Source of the DNA: Octopus vulgaris
Lineage: Eukaryota
DNA length: 64,000 nt
Direction of reading: 5' to 3'
Assembly: GCA_951406725.2 (NCBI GenBank)
Contig: OX597830.1
Location: 28,396,001-28,460,000 of the forward strand
A model generated the notes under the pieces. That model was not told the DNA's origin. It ran no database searches and saw only the letters and a list, made by a program, of their open reading frames with translations. Shown piece by piece: positions 29,449 through 43,630 of the stretch. Numbering within the stretch: the stretch's first letter is position 1; the number at the start of each line of letters is the position of its first letter. The position numbers and the translations under genes were made by a program.

Positions 29449-29758
29449 GGGAAATGTAACATTCCGGGATCGCGGTGTAGGAAGAAAGCTTTAAGCAATC
29501 TGTTATAATTACAAAAAAAAAAAAAACTTTCAGGGAGAATAGGGGTTTATTGAGACAGAAAGTTGTGGATTTTTTGTTCTTATCGAAGTACCATAAAGTG
29601 AAAAAAGTTATTTTTATATTTGTTGGTAGTCGAACAGAGTTGCTAAATGTGTGAATATACACCTCGCTTGGATATTTACCATTTCTGAGGTTCCGATCGC
29701 TATGAAACATATGTAGTCCGGATCTTGCCTGCTCCATTCCGTAACTCTTGTATATATA

Positions 29759-30304
29759 CAGGGTTATGCAAGAACGAACCGATTCTATTACGCAATGTTT
29801 TAATAAGGAAAAGCATTAGAAAACTCCAGCTAAGTCACAAGTATTTACTCACTATCAACTTTTATTTCTTGTCTTATAAGTGTTCAATATGGCCACCACC
29901 TGCAACACGCGTAACATCAATGCGATAAGAGAATTCCTCCCAGTTGCGTATCAGCATATTACGATCCATGGAGTACTTCTTTCGCTGTCTGTTTGAATGC
30001 TCTATCGAAGGTTTGCCATTTCCCTTGAATGTCAATATCTTCTGCAAACGCTTCAAGCAAAGCAAATATATTCTTTAGTTCCATAATGAACTTACTTTTG
30101 ATATGCCGATACGCGTCTGGGAGGAATTCTCCTATAACATTAATGTTGCTCATGCTGCAGGTGGTAAATATATTGAACACTTGTAAGACAGGAAATAAGC
30201 GTTAATTGTGAGTAAATACTTGTGACTTAGCTGGAGTTTTCTATTGGTTTTCCTTATTAAAATATTACGTAATGGAATCGGTTCATTCTTTTTGAATAAC
30301 CCTG
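29759..30304. mobile_element. Tc1/mariner-type MITE with ~200-bp TIRs
   Basis: TA-CAGGGTTAT ... ATAACCCTG-TA. Both arms encode a transposase C-terminus (WEEFSYRIDVTRVAGGGHIEHL* on -, WEEFSYNINVAHAAGGKYIEHL* on +). Confidence 0.88.
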
Positions 30305-30602
30305 TATATACATATCTGTGTGTATATGTGTGTGTATGTGCGTATGTGTGCGTGTGTGTGTGTGTGCGTCGTGCGTGCATGTGTGTGTGTGTGTATCTCA
30401 AAGTTGGACCGTTGATGGTACGTTCATCGAAATAACTTCTCTAAATTAATCTGTGAATATGATAATGCATTGTCTCATATTGATCATATGTATTAATGCC
30501 ATAGAATAAGGACAATTTTTTGCATACTAAAATTAACGCTACCTGAAGAAGTTACGTGGTTAAATAAATATACATTCATCTTTCATACCTACCAAGTTTA
30601 CG

Positions 30603-30664
<62 letters not shown>

Positions 30665-30824
30665 TGTATGTATATGTGTGTTTGTGTTTGTGTATCTAAG
30701 CTAGTTTATGTTTGTATGTATACACATATGTGTAATATATATATATATATAGTTTTATATATTCTCATATATCTTCATACACCTATAGCTCCGTTTCGAG
30801 CGACTCTCTACATGCACACATATA

Positions 30825-30917
<93 letters not shown>

Positions 30918-31544
30918 GTCCATTGTGATGTACGCATTCGCAAACATCTCTCTTTACCTATCAAAGCTATCAGCATAACTGTATTTTATATCTCGTTTTT
31001 TTCTTTAGCGTCCGCTAACATTTTTATACTGCACATTGCAAGTTTATTTCCCAAGTTAACCATAAACATGGCAATATCTCTTGCAATCATGTGCATAGAA
31101 GTGTCAACTGCACTAGTTTTAGGTGCCAAATGTTGGTTCACCCTTGATACGTTTTGTTATGAAGTAGATTTCTAGAACTTTCCTGTATATACAACGCATC
31201 TTGTCTTTCTTTTTAATTCCTTATCATATAGTAATGCAAGTACCACATTCTTATGCCTGATCATATTCACCGATACATATCAAATATATACATATATGTG
31301 TATGTGTATGAGTATGTGTGTGCATGCGTGTATGAAATTTGTATGTTTATCTGTCTATAAATCCACCTATATAGTTACATCAATATATGGATTTATCCAT
31401 ACATACATTCACACATTCATATATACATATATACATCCATTTACATACATATAATATATATATATATATATATACATATATACATATAAATATATAAGTG
31501 CATGTATATATATATATATATATATACATATATATATAAATATA

Positions 31545-31609
<65 letters not shown>

Positions 31610-31814
31610 GTATATACATAAGAATATATAAGTGCATGTATATATATATCTGTGTGTGTGTGTGGTTGTGGGTTTGTGTGTATGTTTGTGTATTAGATAC
31701 ATAGATAAATAGAAGATACATACTGGCCAAAATTTTAATCAGCATCGGTGATATTGTAGTAAAGGATTAACATCAGCTGCATTTAAATGCAATAACTTCT
31801 GCAGTGCGAAGCCC

Positions 31815-32028
31815 CTTCCACCTCCACCTCCACCCCGTCCTCCTTCTCCACCACCATCGCCACCACCAACATCACCACCACCACAACCATCACCACCGCC
31901 GCCGCCGCTGTCGTCACCACCACCACTACCACCACCTTCGCTACGACCTCCTTCTACTTCACTCCCTTCATCTACTCCTCCTTTCCTCCTATTGATCCCG
32001 TTATCATTCTGTTATAAATTTTTATTAC

Positions 32029-32061
<33 letters not shown>

Positions 32062-32063
32062 CA

Positions 32064-32125
<62 letters not shown>

Positions 32126-32484
32126 ATTATTATTATCATTATTACTATTAGTATTATCATTATTATTATTATGAGTAGTAGTAGTAGTAGTAGTAGTTAT
32201 ATCGACCTGAAGTATCTATATTTCAATAATGATATCACTGATGATATTTTGTAGTTGTCGATGGTGATGATGATGATGTCATTAGTGTTAATACTACCGA
32301 CATAGTCAACGACAATATCCATGCAATCGCTAACGTCATCAATATCTTACGTCGCCCTCCTCGTCTTCCTGCTTCACCACCTCATTATAATCCACATGAT
32401 GTCGACCATTAGCACAGGCATCATCATCTTCATTATAATGATCAACATCCCTCTAGTGATCATCATCATAATCATCATCGTCAT

Positions 32485-32522
<38 letters not shown>

Positions 32523-32604
32523 GAATCATCATCATCAACATCATCATCGTCGTCATCGTCGTCGTCGTCATCGTCAATAATTATTATTGTTGTTCTTGTT
32601 ACTG

Positions 32605-32660
<56 letters not shown>

Positions 32661-32738
32661 AACTATTATTACTGCCTTTATTATTAATATCAATAATAGG
32701 ATTATTATCTTTGATATTATTACTATTATTAGCATTAT

Positions 32739-32804
<66 letters not shown>

Positions 32805-32820
32805 GATTGGTGTTATGATT
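31815..32820. repeat. Compound trinucleotide arrays (CAC/TTA/TAG/ATC)n
   Basis: Read directly. Confidence 0.95.
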
Positions 32821-32939
32821 TTGTTTTTTTGTTATCGCAGTTGTTATTAACACGATCTTACGACTATTATTGATGTTTCTTTCCCGTTCTATTGTATACG
32901 TACACACATACACACAAAAATACATATACATATATATGC

Positions 32940-33018
<79 letters not shown>

Positions 33019-34480
33019 GGTATGCATACATATATACGTATATGTATACATACATATACACATATATATACATACACACACACACATATATATATACATA
33101 AATATAAACATGTATATATTTATATATATATATATATATTCACATATACACTCGCAGAAGCAAAGACAGATACATACATGTGTATTGCAGAGTTATTTTT
33201 TTTATTCTCCCTCTCACCACCGAACCGTACTCTCCCTTACTTCTCTCCATCTCCCCACTCTCTCCTCTGAAGTTTATTTATTTCTTTACTGTTGTTTTTA
33301 TCAGCTTCGTCACTGTTCTTCATATTTCGTCTCACTATATATAATATTAATGCATACTGATCTGGTTCCGTTCTATTATTAACACTACCTCTGCCCTCTA
33401 TAGTTTCCAATGAGGCAACAGGGCCGTGAAAAGATGACAGGGATATGATGTGAAGTGATCAGAACAAATATGAGGCCACATAGCTCCACGGGGAAATCTT
33501 ACTGACACAATTATCTACCATTGGGTCTTTCATGTCATTCGCAGCTTTCTACATATGCAATTGTATTGTGACTGAGTTCATCTAACAACATTACGCTATG
33601 CATCTTTCTGTGTATATGTGTTTCTCTGAATGCGTGTGGTCTTTCGCATGAATATCACTTATATCTATGCATATATATATATATATATATATATGCACAA
33701 GCATTAACATGCACACAAGAATATATACATACACTCACACATACATACATACATACATACACACATACATACATACATACATACATACATACATACATAC
33801 ATACATACATACAAACACACATACACACATACGTACAAGAATACGTGTATACATATGTATGTATATATTACTGTACACGTTCATGTATTTAGCCAGTAGG
33901 ACACGTACATACACAGGTACACACGCATACGATCACACATGCACGCATATATGTATGCATGCTGAAACTCACATATTTTGATATGCCTACATATATGCAC
34001 ACACTCGCATGATTCCACATAAACCTATACTCGGAGTCGTGTATTTCTATTTACACATATGGGTAGATTTACACGGACATATATACAGAAACATCTACAT
34101 CCTTTGAAATAAATATATGCACATATATATTTATATATGTATATATATATATATACATATATATATACATACATACATACACACATTTATACACACAACC
34201 ATACATACTTACATACACACCAAGATGTATAAGACCGTAAGCAAACGACAAAACATTAGTATCCGTATGAGGGGATTATGTGCCTCCATGTGCAAGTGTG
34301 TGTGTGTGTGTGTTTGTATGTGTGTGTGTGCGTGTGTGCGTGTATTTGTTTGTGTGTGTGCGTGTGTTTCTTTGCCTATATGAGTGGATGTGTGTGTATG
34401 CAGTTATAAATTCCCCTGTAACATCCAATATGCACATATGTATGTGTTTGTGTGCCTGGTTACATCACTATAGATATATG

Positions 34481-34513
<33 letters not shown>

Positions 34514-34528
34514 GCATTGTATCACACA

Positions 34529-34608
<80 letters not shown>

Positions 34609-35473
34609 GATATGCACACGTGACTTTGGTTTCTACGAATGACAGGAAGATAGAACGTGAAAGAGAGAATGAAACAAAAAGGGAAATCAGTCAGAAACGC
34701 ACTCTATTTCAATGTCCTTTTTTCTCTTTAAAATCCTTTATAACAAATCTATTATTTGTCTTTTTCGTTGGCCTCCATTTTAATGTGCTCCTTTCTGATT
34801 ATCTCCCCTCTTCATTTTATCGCCCATTTTGTTTTAAGTATTTTTTGTTATTGACGTTGTTGTTGTAGAAGTGGATGTTGTTGTTGCCGTTCTTTTCATT
34901 CATGCATTTTTGTTTAGTATATTTTCCTTGTATTGTATATATTTTTTCTTTTCCTTTTTCTTCGGTGTCTCTCTCTCTCTTTCTTTTTTTTTTTGCTTCT
35001 TCCCTTTATATGTATAACTCAATCTATACCACATTCCTACTTATGTTTTTATCTCTTCATTCAATTAATGCCATTCTATCCGAAGTCGAGGCAGTGATAA
35101 AGAAACTGATCACTGCCAAGCCAGCAACAATAATATCGATAGATCAATCGGCAGTGTATTCACGCCACGTTAACTTAATACATATTAAGGTTACTTATAT
35201 AGTTCGTATATAGTGTTATAGTTGGGAGAATACGGTAGATTGCATGCATGAAATGAAAGCGAAAAGGAGAGGACGATAGATAGATATATGAATATTTAGG
35301 CAAATGAGTGCCTATATGTATGCGTTTCTTCTGTATATTGGCAATATATCTACGCACACATAGAAACATTTGCACACATACCTCTTTATATATACATAAA
35401 CACACCACATATATTCGTACATACATATATATATATATATATTATATATGTATATATACATACATATATATGA

Positions 35474-35572
<99 letters not shown>

Positions 35573-35885
35573 TATAATCAGATACAATATCCAATTCACA
35601 GCCGAAGCATAATGAACTACGTCGAACGAATAGTCAATTTTTGTTTCTTATTTTCTAATGGTTTTTGCTTTTTTTTTTAGTTTTCCGACCTCTGTCCCCT
35701 CCTCTCTTTCTCTCTCTCTCGTTTTCTCCCTTTCTTACTTTCACTCCATATATTTTTTTCCGTTTCTTTCTATCTCTTTCACAACCCTTTGGGAATATCA
35801 CAAGCAACTCTAAGCTAGTCAGTTTTAATGAAAATATATAATGTTGCAATTTCCTCTTAAGATAATGAAAAGAAAGGAATAATTT

Positions 35886-35946
<61 letters not shown>

Positions 35947-36039
35947 ATATATTTATATATACATATATATATGTATATATATACATATATATATACATAT
36001 ATACATTCATGTATGTATATTTATATGTATATATATATC

Positions 36040-36115
<76 letters not shown>

Positions 36116-36419
36116 CTTTGCGTGTGCGTTTATGAGTAGGCAGCGATGTGTGCCTGTGTGCGTGTATTTTTGTTTGTGTATGTGTGCCTGCCTCTGTGTG
36201 TGTGTCTGTGTGTATTCAAACGCATCAACCAATAACGAAACACTAGGTACATGTATATAAATCAGTTATATGAATGATGTACAGAAAATTCCAAGCAAAT
36301 AAAATTTTCTATTAGTATTCTTAACAATATTATTACAATGAAGGTTTCTGTACTGATTATTAGAAGTATTAGTATTAATATCTCCGTTGATGTTTCTTGT
36401 TGTTATTATATACAACAAT

Positions 36420-36548
36420 ATCTATCAATAATGTTAATAATGATAATAATAATAATAATAATGATGATGATGATGATGATGATGATGATAATAATATAAA
36501 TGATATTGATGAAGTTGGTGATGATGATACGATTATTATTATGATTAC

Positions 36549-36602
<54 letters not shown>

Positions 36603-36622
36603 GATTATTATTATTATTATTA

Positions 36623-36672
<50 letters not shown>

Positions 36673-36835
36673 ATCATTATTATTATTATTATTATAATTA
36701 TTATAATTATTATTATTATTATTATTATTATTGTGATGCTGCTGCTGCTGATCATGGTAAAGGTGATGATGATGTTGATGATGACGACGGTCATGTTAGT
36801 GATGATGCTGCTGATGATGATGTCGACGACGATAG
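36420..36835. repeat. Compound (AAT/GAT/ATT)n array
   Basis: Read directly. Confidence 0.95.
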
Positions 36836-37129
36836 CAACTGCATCAATATTTACAACCTTACACCGTTTACATATAATTTTAGGATACACGTGTTGAACA
36901 TTGTAAAAAATAAAAAAAGTATCGTAATACTTCCGTCTACTTGCTATATTGTGGGCATATTCTGAATCTAAGACGATTGCAGACTGGAAGTCATAGATTA
37001 GCCATTCCAAAACATACAAAAGCTGTCAAATTCACTTAAACATTCCTTGTTTGCTATTTGGTGTTAACGATCTGATCACTGGCAAAAAATACGTTGAGAT
37101 GCCGTGTAAAAGTATCTGCAAATAGCGTA

Positions 37130-37370
37130 ATCTTTTATTCTTTTACACAACTCAGACATTTTACTGCTGCAATGTTGGGGCACCGCCTTAAATTTTTTTT
37201 TTGTTATTCGAAGAAATCGCCCCAAGGACTTCTTCTTCTATGTAAGCCTAGTACTTATTCTGCCTGTGTCTTTTGCCGAACCGCTAAGTTACAGGAACAT
37301 AAACACACCACCATCAATTCTCAAGTGATGGTTGGGGACAAACATGGACACAGACACAGACACACACTGT
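37130..37370 (-). mobile_element. 3' half of the 7040-type SINE
   Basis: Homologous to 7040-7240 (ttttgccgaaccgctaagttac...; caccgcct). Confidence 0.75.
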
Positions 37371-37502
37371 AATTCATAAATACTACTTCACACACGCGCA
37401 CAAATATACACACGCATATATATAAAGCAAATAGGTAGCACACACACATACACACATATACACACACACACACATATATATCTATAAAGTCCAGTTATCA
37501 GT

Positions 37503-37587
37503 ACTTTACGGCCGTTTCAAGTGGCTCCGTTTAATCGATCAATGAAAATATTATATTAATTTTAAATAAACCGCTCTCCTCAGACAC
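37503..37587 (-). ncRNA. Hammerhead-ribozyme-like motif with extended stem II
   Basis: The minus strand reads CTGAGGA-GAG...CTT-GAAAC-GGCC-GTA. The core is canonical and the tetraloop palindromic, but stem I is poorly paired. Confidence 0.55.
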
Positions 37588-37600
37588 AGATGGCCATATG

Positions 37601-37822
37601 GATTTCCAATATAGAGGAAAACCCATTGTTTTTAGGAAAATTTCATCATTACAAGACACTAAAATAATTACATTGTTTCAATTTTGTATTGCTAATTTCG
37701 TGGTAGAAATGCTACATATTTCTGCCACAAAAATAGTAAATTGAAAGGATGTAATTATTTTAGTATCTTGTGCTGATAAAAGTTTGCTGAAAAATAATAG
37801 TTTATCCTTTATGTTGGAAATC
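37601..37822. repeat. Imperfect palindrome with ~105-bp arms
   Basis: gatttccaat...acaagacactaaaataattacat...tggtagaaat | atttctgcca...atgtaattattttagtatcttgt...ttggaaatc. Confidence 0.85.
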
Positions 37823-38560
37823 TAACCAATCTACCCTTACCACTTCCCTACCTACGTCTCTGTTTTGAATTTCATACTCCTACCTTTACCACAACAACCC
37901 ACTCTTGTACCTACCCAATTCCTAATTTTGATAATATCCTTAGTTATTGAGCCAGTCAACTCATTTCCCCAATTAATAACAAGTCCTTTTTACTATCTCA
38001 ACTATTATCTCTATAGCCTTCATATATACCTAAATAGCCCTTCGGCCTTACTCCCACCCTCCACATTTACCACTATCACTAGCCTCATTATAAGCCCTAA
38101 CCCTGAAATCTATTTTCTCCGTCCAATTCTCTCTATCTAAACATCCCTAACTCCCCTACCCAACACACATATTTCTCCACAAAATCATTTCATCTTTAAA
38201 CTGCATCCTGTCAACATCTCAACTGTAAAATTCTCCAATATAAAAATCTCCCTTGAAGACGGAGCCGGTGTTATCCGGTAATGGATCCAAGTAACTATCA
38301 CTATTCCCGACCTCCTAACCTCTAGAAACAGCTGTTGAACTTGTAAAACTCCACCCATTTAACTCCTGATATCATTTATATTTTGTAAATCGGACCATTT
38401 TATGTGCATACACATTTACACTTTTACTATTAAATGTATTAAACTTTTTTTGTCAATCGATTTGCCTAACCTGCTTGTCATTACATTTACATATCTACCG
38501 GCTCAAGTTCAAGTCTGTTGAGTACTTCGTAGTATATTCTATATAGAGAACATCTCTCAA

Positions 38561-38648
<88 letters not shown>

Positions 38649-38661
38649 ATATATATATATA

Positions 38662-39261
38662 TATAAAGTTAATCCAAACAAGAAAACACAGAAAAAAAAC
38701 ACAGAAAAAAAACACAGCAACGCGAGGACGTGGAACAATTAAAGTATTATTTGACGCTCAGGAAAGAAGGGAAGAAGGGTTTAACGCTTCGAGCGGAGCT
38801 CTTCGTCGGAAACAAGGAGAAAGAAAGATCCCGAGAAGGGAAGACAGAGGAAAAAAATATTTTTGCTGGTAGTGCTCAAGAGATCACAAGTGGAAGAATG
38901 GAGGTGGAAGAAGAGAGGTAAAGAAGGAAAAGTACAGGGAGATAAGTTCAGGAAAAAAGTTCAGGAGAAAGTTAAATAAGAGTCACGGACAGATTCTTTT
39001 GATTTCCAATCACGATTTCAGTGGCGTACTCCGGAAGGATGGTAACAGTAATCCGTAGGTGTAAAAATCCAGGAATTGGTATCCAAGGCGCTCGGTATCC
39101 GTGTGAGCGTGCGGTATATAAAGTTAATCCAAACAAGAAAACACAGAAAAAAACACAGCAACGCGAGGACGTGGAACAATTAAAGTATTATTTGACGCTC
39201 AGGAAAGAAGGGAAGGAGGCTTTAACGTTTCGAGCGGAGCTCTTCGTCGGAAACAAGGAGA
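38662..39261 (-). mobile_element. Head-to-tail tandem (about 1.3 units) of a hammerhead-bearing element, family B (retrozyme/pLTR-like)
   Basis: 38662-38820 is repeated almost exactly at 39117-39261. The motif gagcggagctcttcgtcgg starts at 38791 and 39232 (441 nt apart). The 3' end abuts (TA)n. Confidence 0.85.
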
Positions 39262-39444
39262 TACGAGGTCTGATTAGTAAGTATCCAGACTGTTGCCATA
39301 ATCATGAAGCTAAAGCACGCAGAGTGGATCCGTTTGGTCAAGTTGACCCTGATCTCTGGTGTGCATGCGCACTAAGTTTTAACCATCTAAGCTCACTTCC
39401 GCCGTTTACAAACGTACGTCCAAGTATTATCAGTAATCTTTACC

Positions 39445-39449
<5 letters not shown>
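39262..39449. mobile_element. Mariner/Tc1 terminal fragments
   Basis: TA-cgaggtctgattagtaagtatccagact (mariner-type TIR) on the left and accctg-TA on the right. Confidence 0.55.
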
Positions 39450-39506
<57 letters not shown>

Positions 39507-39508
<2 letters not shown>

Positions 39509-39709
39509 CCTCGTGAGTACTTCTGGCGATTTTTTTCCTCTGTCTTCCCTTCTCGGGATCTTTCCTTCTCCTATGTCTCCGACGAAGAGCTCCGCTCGAA
39601 ACGTTAAACCCTCCTTCCCTTCTTTCCTGAGCGTCCAATAATACTATATTTGTTCCACGTCCTCGCGTTGTTGTGTTTTTTTTATTTTTTTGTGTTTTCC
39701 TGTTTGGAT

Positions 39710-39713
<4 letters not shown>
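39507..39713 (+). mobile_element. Short hammerhead-bearing element (family B), inverted relative to the 38662 tandem
   Basis: CCGACGA-A-GAGC-TCC-GCTC-GAAACGTT-AAAC at 39579-39609. (TA)n lies on both sides. Confidence 0.85.
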
Positions 39714-39771
<58 letters not shown>

Positions 39772-40257
39772 TACATATACATACATACATATATATATAT
39801 ATGAGTGTGTGTATATGCGTGTAATGAGAAGATCCAAGGATCTATGTGTTGAAAGTTTGTAAGCTTCGACTAGTCCGTGACAGGTATAAGGAACAATGTT
39901 TAGGAACAATAATAGTTTATTGGCGTTGAAGCTTCTAGGCGTTTCTCTCATCGATGTTCGATAGGCTCAAAAACGTGTTCATAACTCCGCTCACTATTTG
40001 CAATTTACAATGCTATCAAAAGAGAATAAAAATTCAAATCCATGGACTGAAACGGATAAAATTCATGTTTCCTAGGCAGGAGATCTGATGTAATAAGTAC
40101 ATCTGGTAATTTCGGCCTGATGAGTATCTAGCTGAATCCGCCTTGTTAATTGATGATTTCACCCAAGGTATATGCTAGCTAGGAAACATATATTGCCTGA
40201 ATTTCTACATTCTTCGCTCCTTTAATTTGGATTTATATATATATATATATATATATA

Positions 40258-40590
40258 AAATACAAAATGGGACAAGAACGTAAAATATCTAGACAGTTAG
40301 GTAATACAAAAAAGAGACAACAAAACATTCAGACAGACGATACAAGTAAAACAAGGACGGGTCATTCAGAGTTTTCTTTCCTCAGCCGAGTTCCAGATTA
40401 TCTTTCCAATTTAAGCTGGTTATACTCGAGATTTCTCCAATCTGGCCAGCTCTAAGGAAGAACTATGCTAAGAGCATTAGATTCCTTGGAAGAAAGTAGC
40501 GAATGTATACGAAAACAAGGACGGAATAAAACGGAGAATGTTACTCAAATACAAGTAACAGGACATAACAACACATGTCTTTCGTCTGCA
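40258..40590 (-). mobile_element. pLTR-like repeat ending at (TA)n with a degenerate CTGAGGA core
   Basis: The minus strand reads ctgaggaaagaaaactctgaatgacccgtcc (core at 40385-40379). It has the same T-rich composition and (TA)n 3' junction as families A-C. Confidence 0.4.
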
Positions 40591-40633
40591 CACAAATATA
40601 CTACACACTCACACACACACGCACACACACATA

Positions 40634-42230
40634 CAGGTACATAATCCTTTTTCCGGAAACCTTAGGGCCAGCTGTGTTTTGAATTTAGGATTCTTTCGGA
40701 TTTCAGAACAAAAGCCAGCAGTCCCAGATTGTAAACTAAACATCAAAAGAGACGTCCTAATACGGTAATAAAAGCACATGTATACGTACTCACAAACAGT
40801 GGAGAAAATAAATAGTTGTAGAGTAATATACTGGTAAATGAAATAGTGACATATTTAAGATCACAAACAACAAAATTCATATAGTGGGATAATTTAAAAC
40901 AAAGATACAGGATCCACAAATACAGGTATACATATTACCATAATATTTCTGCAGATAGACGCATAAGTAGTCGCACTAATTTGAATAAAGAAAGACTACA
41001 AATGGCATTACAGTTTATTCATATACTAGAGCCATAAACTGATTCAAACTAGACTAAATATGTAGCTGTGGATAAGTGGTAGAGCAGGGTCCGTCACTAT
41101 CACCAGCGCTGTCATCAGGTCTCAGGCTAACCTCCGGTTGTAGGCCAGGGATAAGATTCTCCAATGATGAAGTACCATTACGAGAGATGGCATTTTTTAA
41201 AGACTTCTTCAGGTGTCATCTGTCTCATTAGCATAAGTTTCTGTCTAAACAATGTCTATTCAATTGAGTAAACCCCCATGATCTGTTGCTCACTGATAAA
41301 TGTAATTTGTTCAAGGCCAGCTATTAATTGATCACAAATTTTCAGCATATCATCTATAGGAATTATTTCAACTCTGTTCTCTGTGTCATCATCACTACTG
41401 TCTTCATCTTCATTCTTATCCTATTTAACACCACTCAAGGATTGCACAGTAGGTGCATCATTGTCAGTGTTTAGCATTTCTTCAATGCTTACACTTCCGC
41501 AAGATAAAATTTTTGCGAACGTTACGAGTTTTGATATCATTTTTTCATTAGTGACACGAAATCATCCGAACGCATTATCATAGGGTCGTTTTTATCAAAC
41601 ATTGTTATTGGCCAAATTCTGGGCCAGGCATTTGTTACTGTTAATTTATAGACTTCATTCCAAGCATTCGCAACTGAGCACACGGCATCCTTAACAGTGA
41701 ACTCTTTCAGGTAAATTTTCATCCTTATTCCTTTGTTGACTGCATGAAGCACAGAGCTCATAAAATTATTTTGGAGCGTAAAATTCCTCGGTAATAAGGC
41801 TGTAAAACAGATGTCACATTAGGAGGCGAGTAAAGGCATGGGGATGTGCAGGAATAACAGAATTGTACAGTTTTCGTCCAGTCCAGCTTGCCTGCAATGA
41901 GTTCATACTGCTGGTACAAAGCGATTATTGAAGCAGTCAGAAAATATTTCTCGGGTTACCCATGCTTTCCTGTTTGCGTAATAATGCACAGGTAAACTAA
42001 CTGCGTTTTACAGACATCTCGGACGTTGGCTTTTTCCAATGACAGCCAATTGAACCTTGTGTGTGCCTGCAGTATTAACACATCCAAGAATAAATAGTTA
42101 ACCTTTCCCTAGCATCTTTAAAACCTACTGGTGCTGTCTCCTCTGCCGTTGTTAATGTTTTTTCTTGGAACGTAGTGCCAGTACAAAGCCGTTTCATCAG
42201 CAGGTATTTAGCAGCCATTTTTAGAAGCAT
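40634..42230 (-). mobile_element. Tigger/pogo-type DNA transposon fossil (DDE_1 transposase pseudogene)
   Basis: End TA-caggtacataatccttttt. Minus-strand peptides: ADETALYWHYVPR, GFKDARERLT, HYYANRKAWVTREIF and FTVKDAVCSVANAWNEV...NAWPRIWP. Confidence 0.9.
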
Positions 42231-43161
42231 GAGTAACAATATAAAGTATCGCAAGCTGCCTTGTTACACGATGTTTTTTTCAAATTCGGTTATTATTTTA
42301 ATGCAATGTGTTCGAATTATCATTACATATGTCGAGTAACTGCTCGTTCTCTCTTTGTTAATATTTCAGCTATAATCGAGTCACATACTACATTCGAATA
42401 TGTAATGGAAATAGAGTGAGTCTAATCAGTAACATCATTGCATATTTTTGGCCGGCAAGATTCTTGTTCGCTTCTGCTTAAAACACATGACATATTATTT
42501 TTGCAAATTTACCATCCATCTTATTATTTGCACCACCCCCCCGCCAAAAAAAAAAATTAAGGGATTAAAATTATAGTTTTTAATGCCTTGGAATATTCTG
42601 ATAATACCTACTAGCAAATGTACAGTGTCAACATAACCCATCATATACATACCTGCTTATTTATATATGTGTAGGCGGCGATGTATAACATCAGTTTGCA
42701 CTAAATAACATAGAAGCCTGTAGGTATTTCTGTCATAATGGTTTTTTTAATGTGTATTTTGAATTAACTTATGCGATCATCGAGCAATGCTATTCAGGTA
42801 GAAATAGATTATCTCAGCATTAATTTTGTTGAAGAGTCTGTAGAATTTGCATAAAAATGGAAAGTGTTATCTTGCACCAACTAAAAAATTTTCTGGCTAT
42901 ATTTGTATCTACATGGATTTTCCTTGTTTTACTGCCCCCTCACTAAAAGCATTTTTAACAACTGCATTGTTATATCGCTGCTTCTGTCAAATTGACTTTG
43001 TATGAACGCAGATAAGACACTCCTTTAATTATATTAGGTGCAAAAAGTATAATTACATCTCCAGGGTGTTGAAAATCTGTATTTACATACCTCACATCAC
43101 ACATACACACACACACACATACACACATAAATACATACAAGCACACATATATTTATACATG

Positions 43162-43233
<72 letters not shown>

Positions 43234-43630
43234 ATATATGGATGCTACGTATAACCATCTGTGGTGGACAGTGTTTGCCGGTGTCTAAGCTATTTTCTAA
43301 AGATTAACTGATGGCAACAATAATAATGTATAAATCGAATTTTTTTTCACTATTTCTAACATATCTGTCCATGACATCCAACTCACGGCTAAAGCGTCGT
43401 ACAACATAGAATTGCTGACTTTGGGCGCCCTCAGCCTTCTTCTTCTTGGGCAACATTGATGCATATCATGGTTCAGGAATCTTATAGTTGCAATGATATT
43501 ACACACTGTAGAGATATAGAATAACAATAGAAAAAAATGCAAGGAGTTTAATTTAAGCATAGCTACTATTATTAGATTAATGATAACATACTTCTTCGAC
43601 ATAACACTTGGTTTAATATTTTCATCGCAA

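Noticed and set aside
31804-31995. His/Arg-rich ORF resembling a transcription-factor tract
   Set aside because: It lies in a compound CAC/CGC microsatellite with no domain or splice support.
39021-39641. 206-aa ORF
   Set aside because: A chance read-through across the antisense of family B, mariner ends, (TA)n and another repeat copy.
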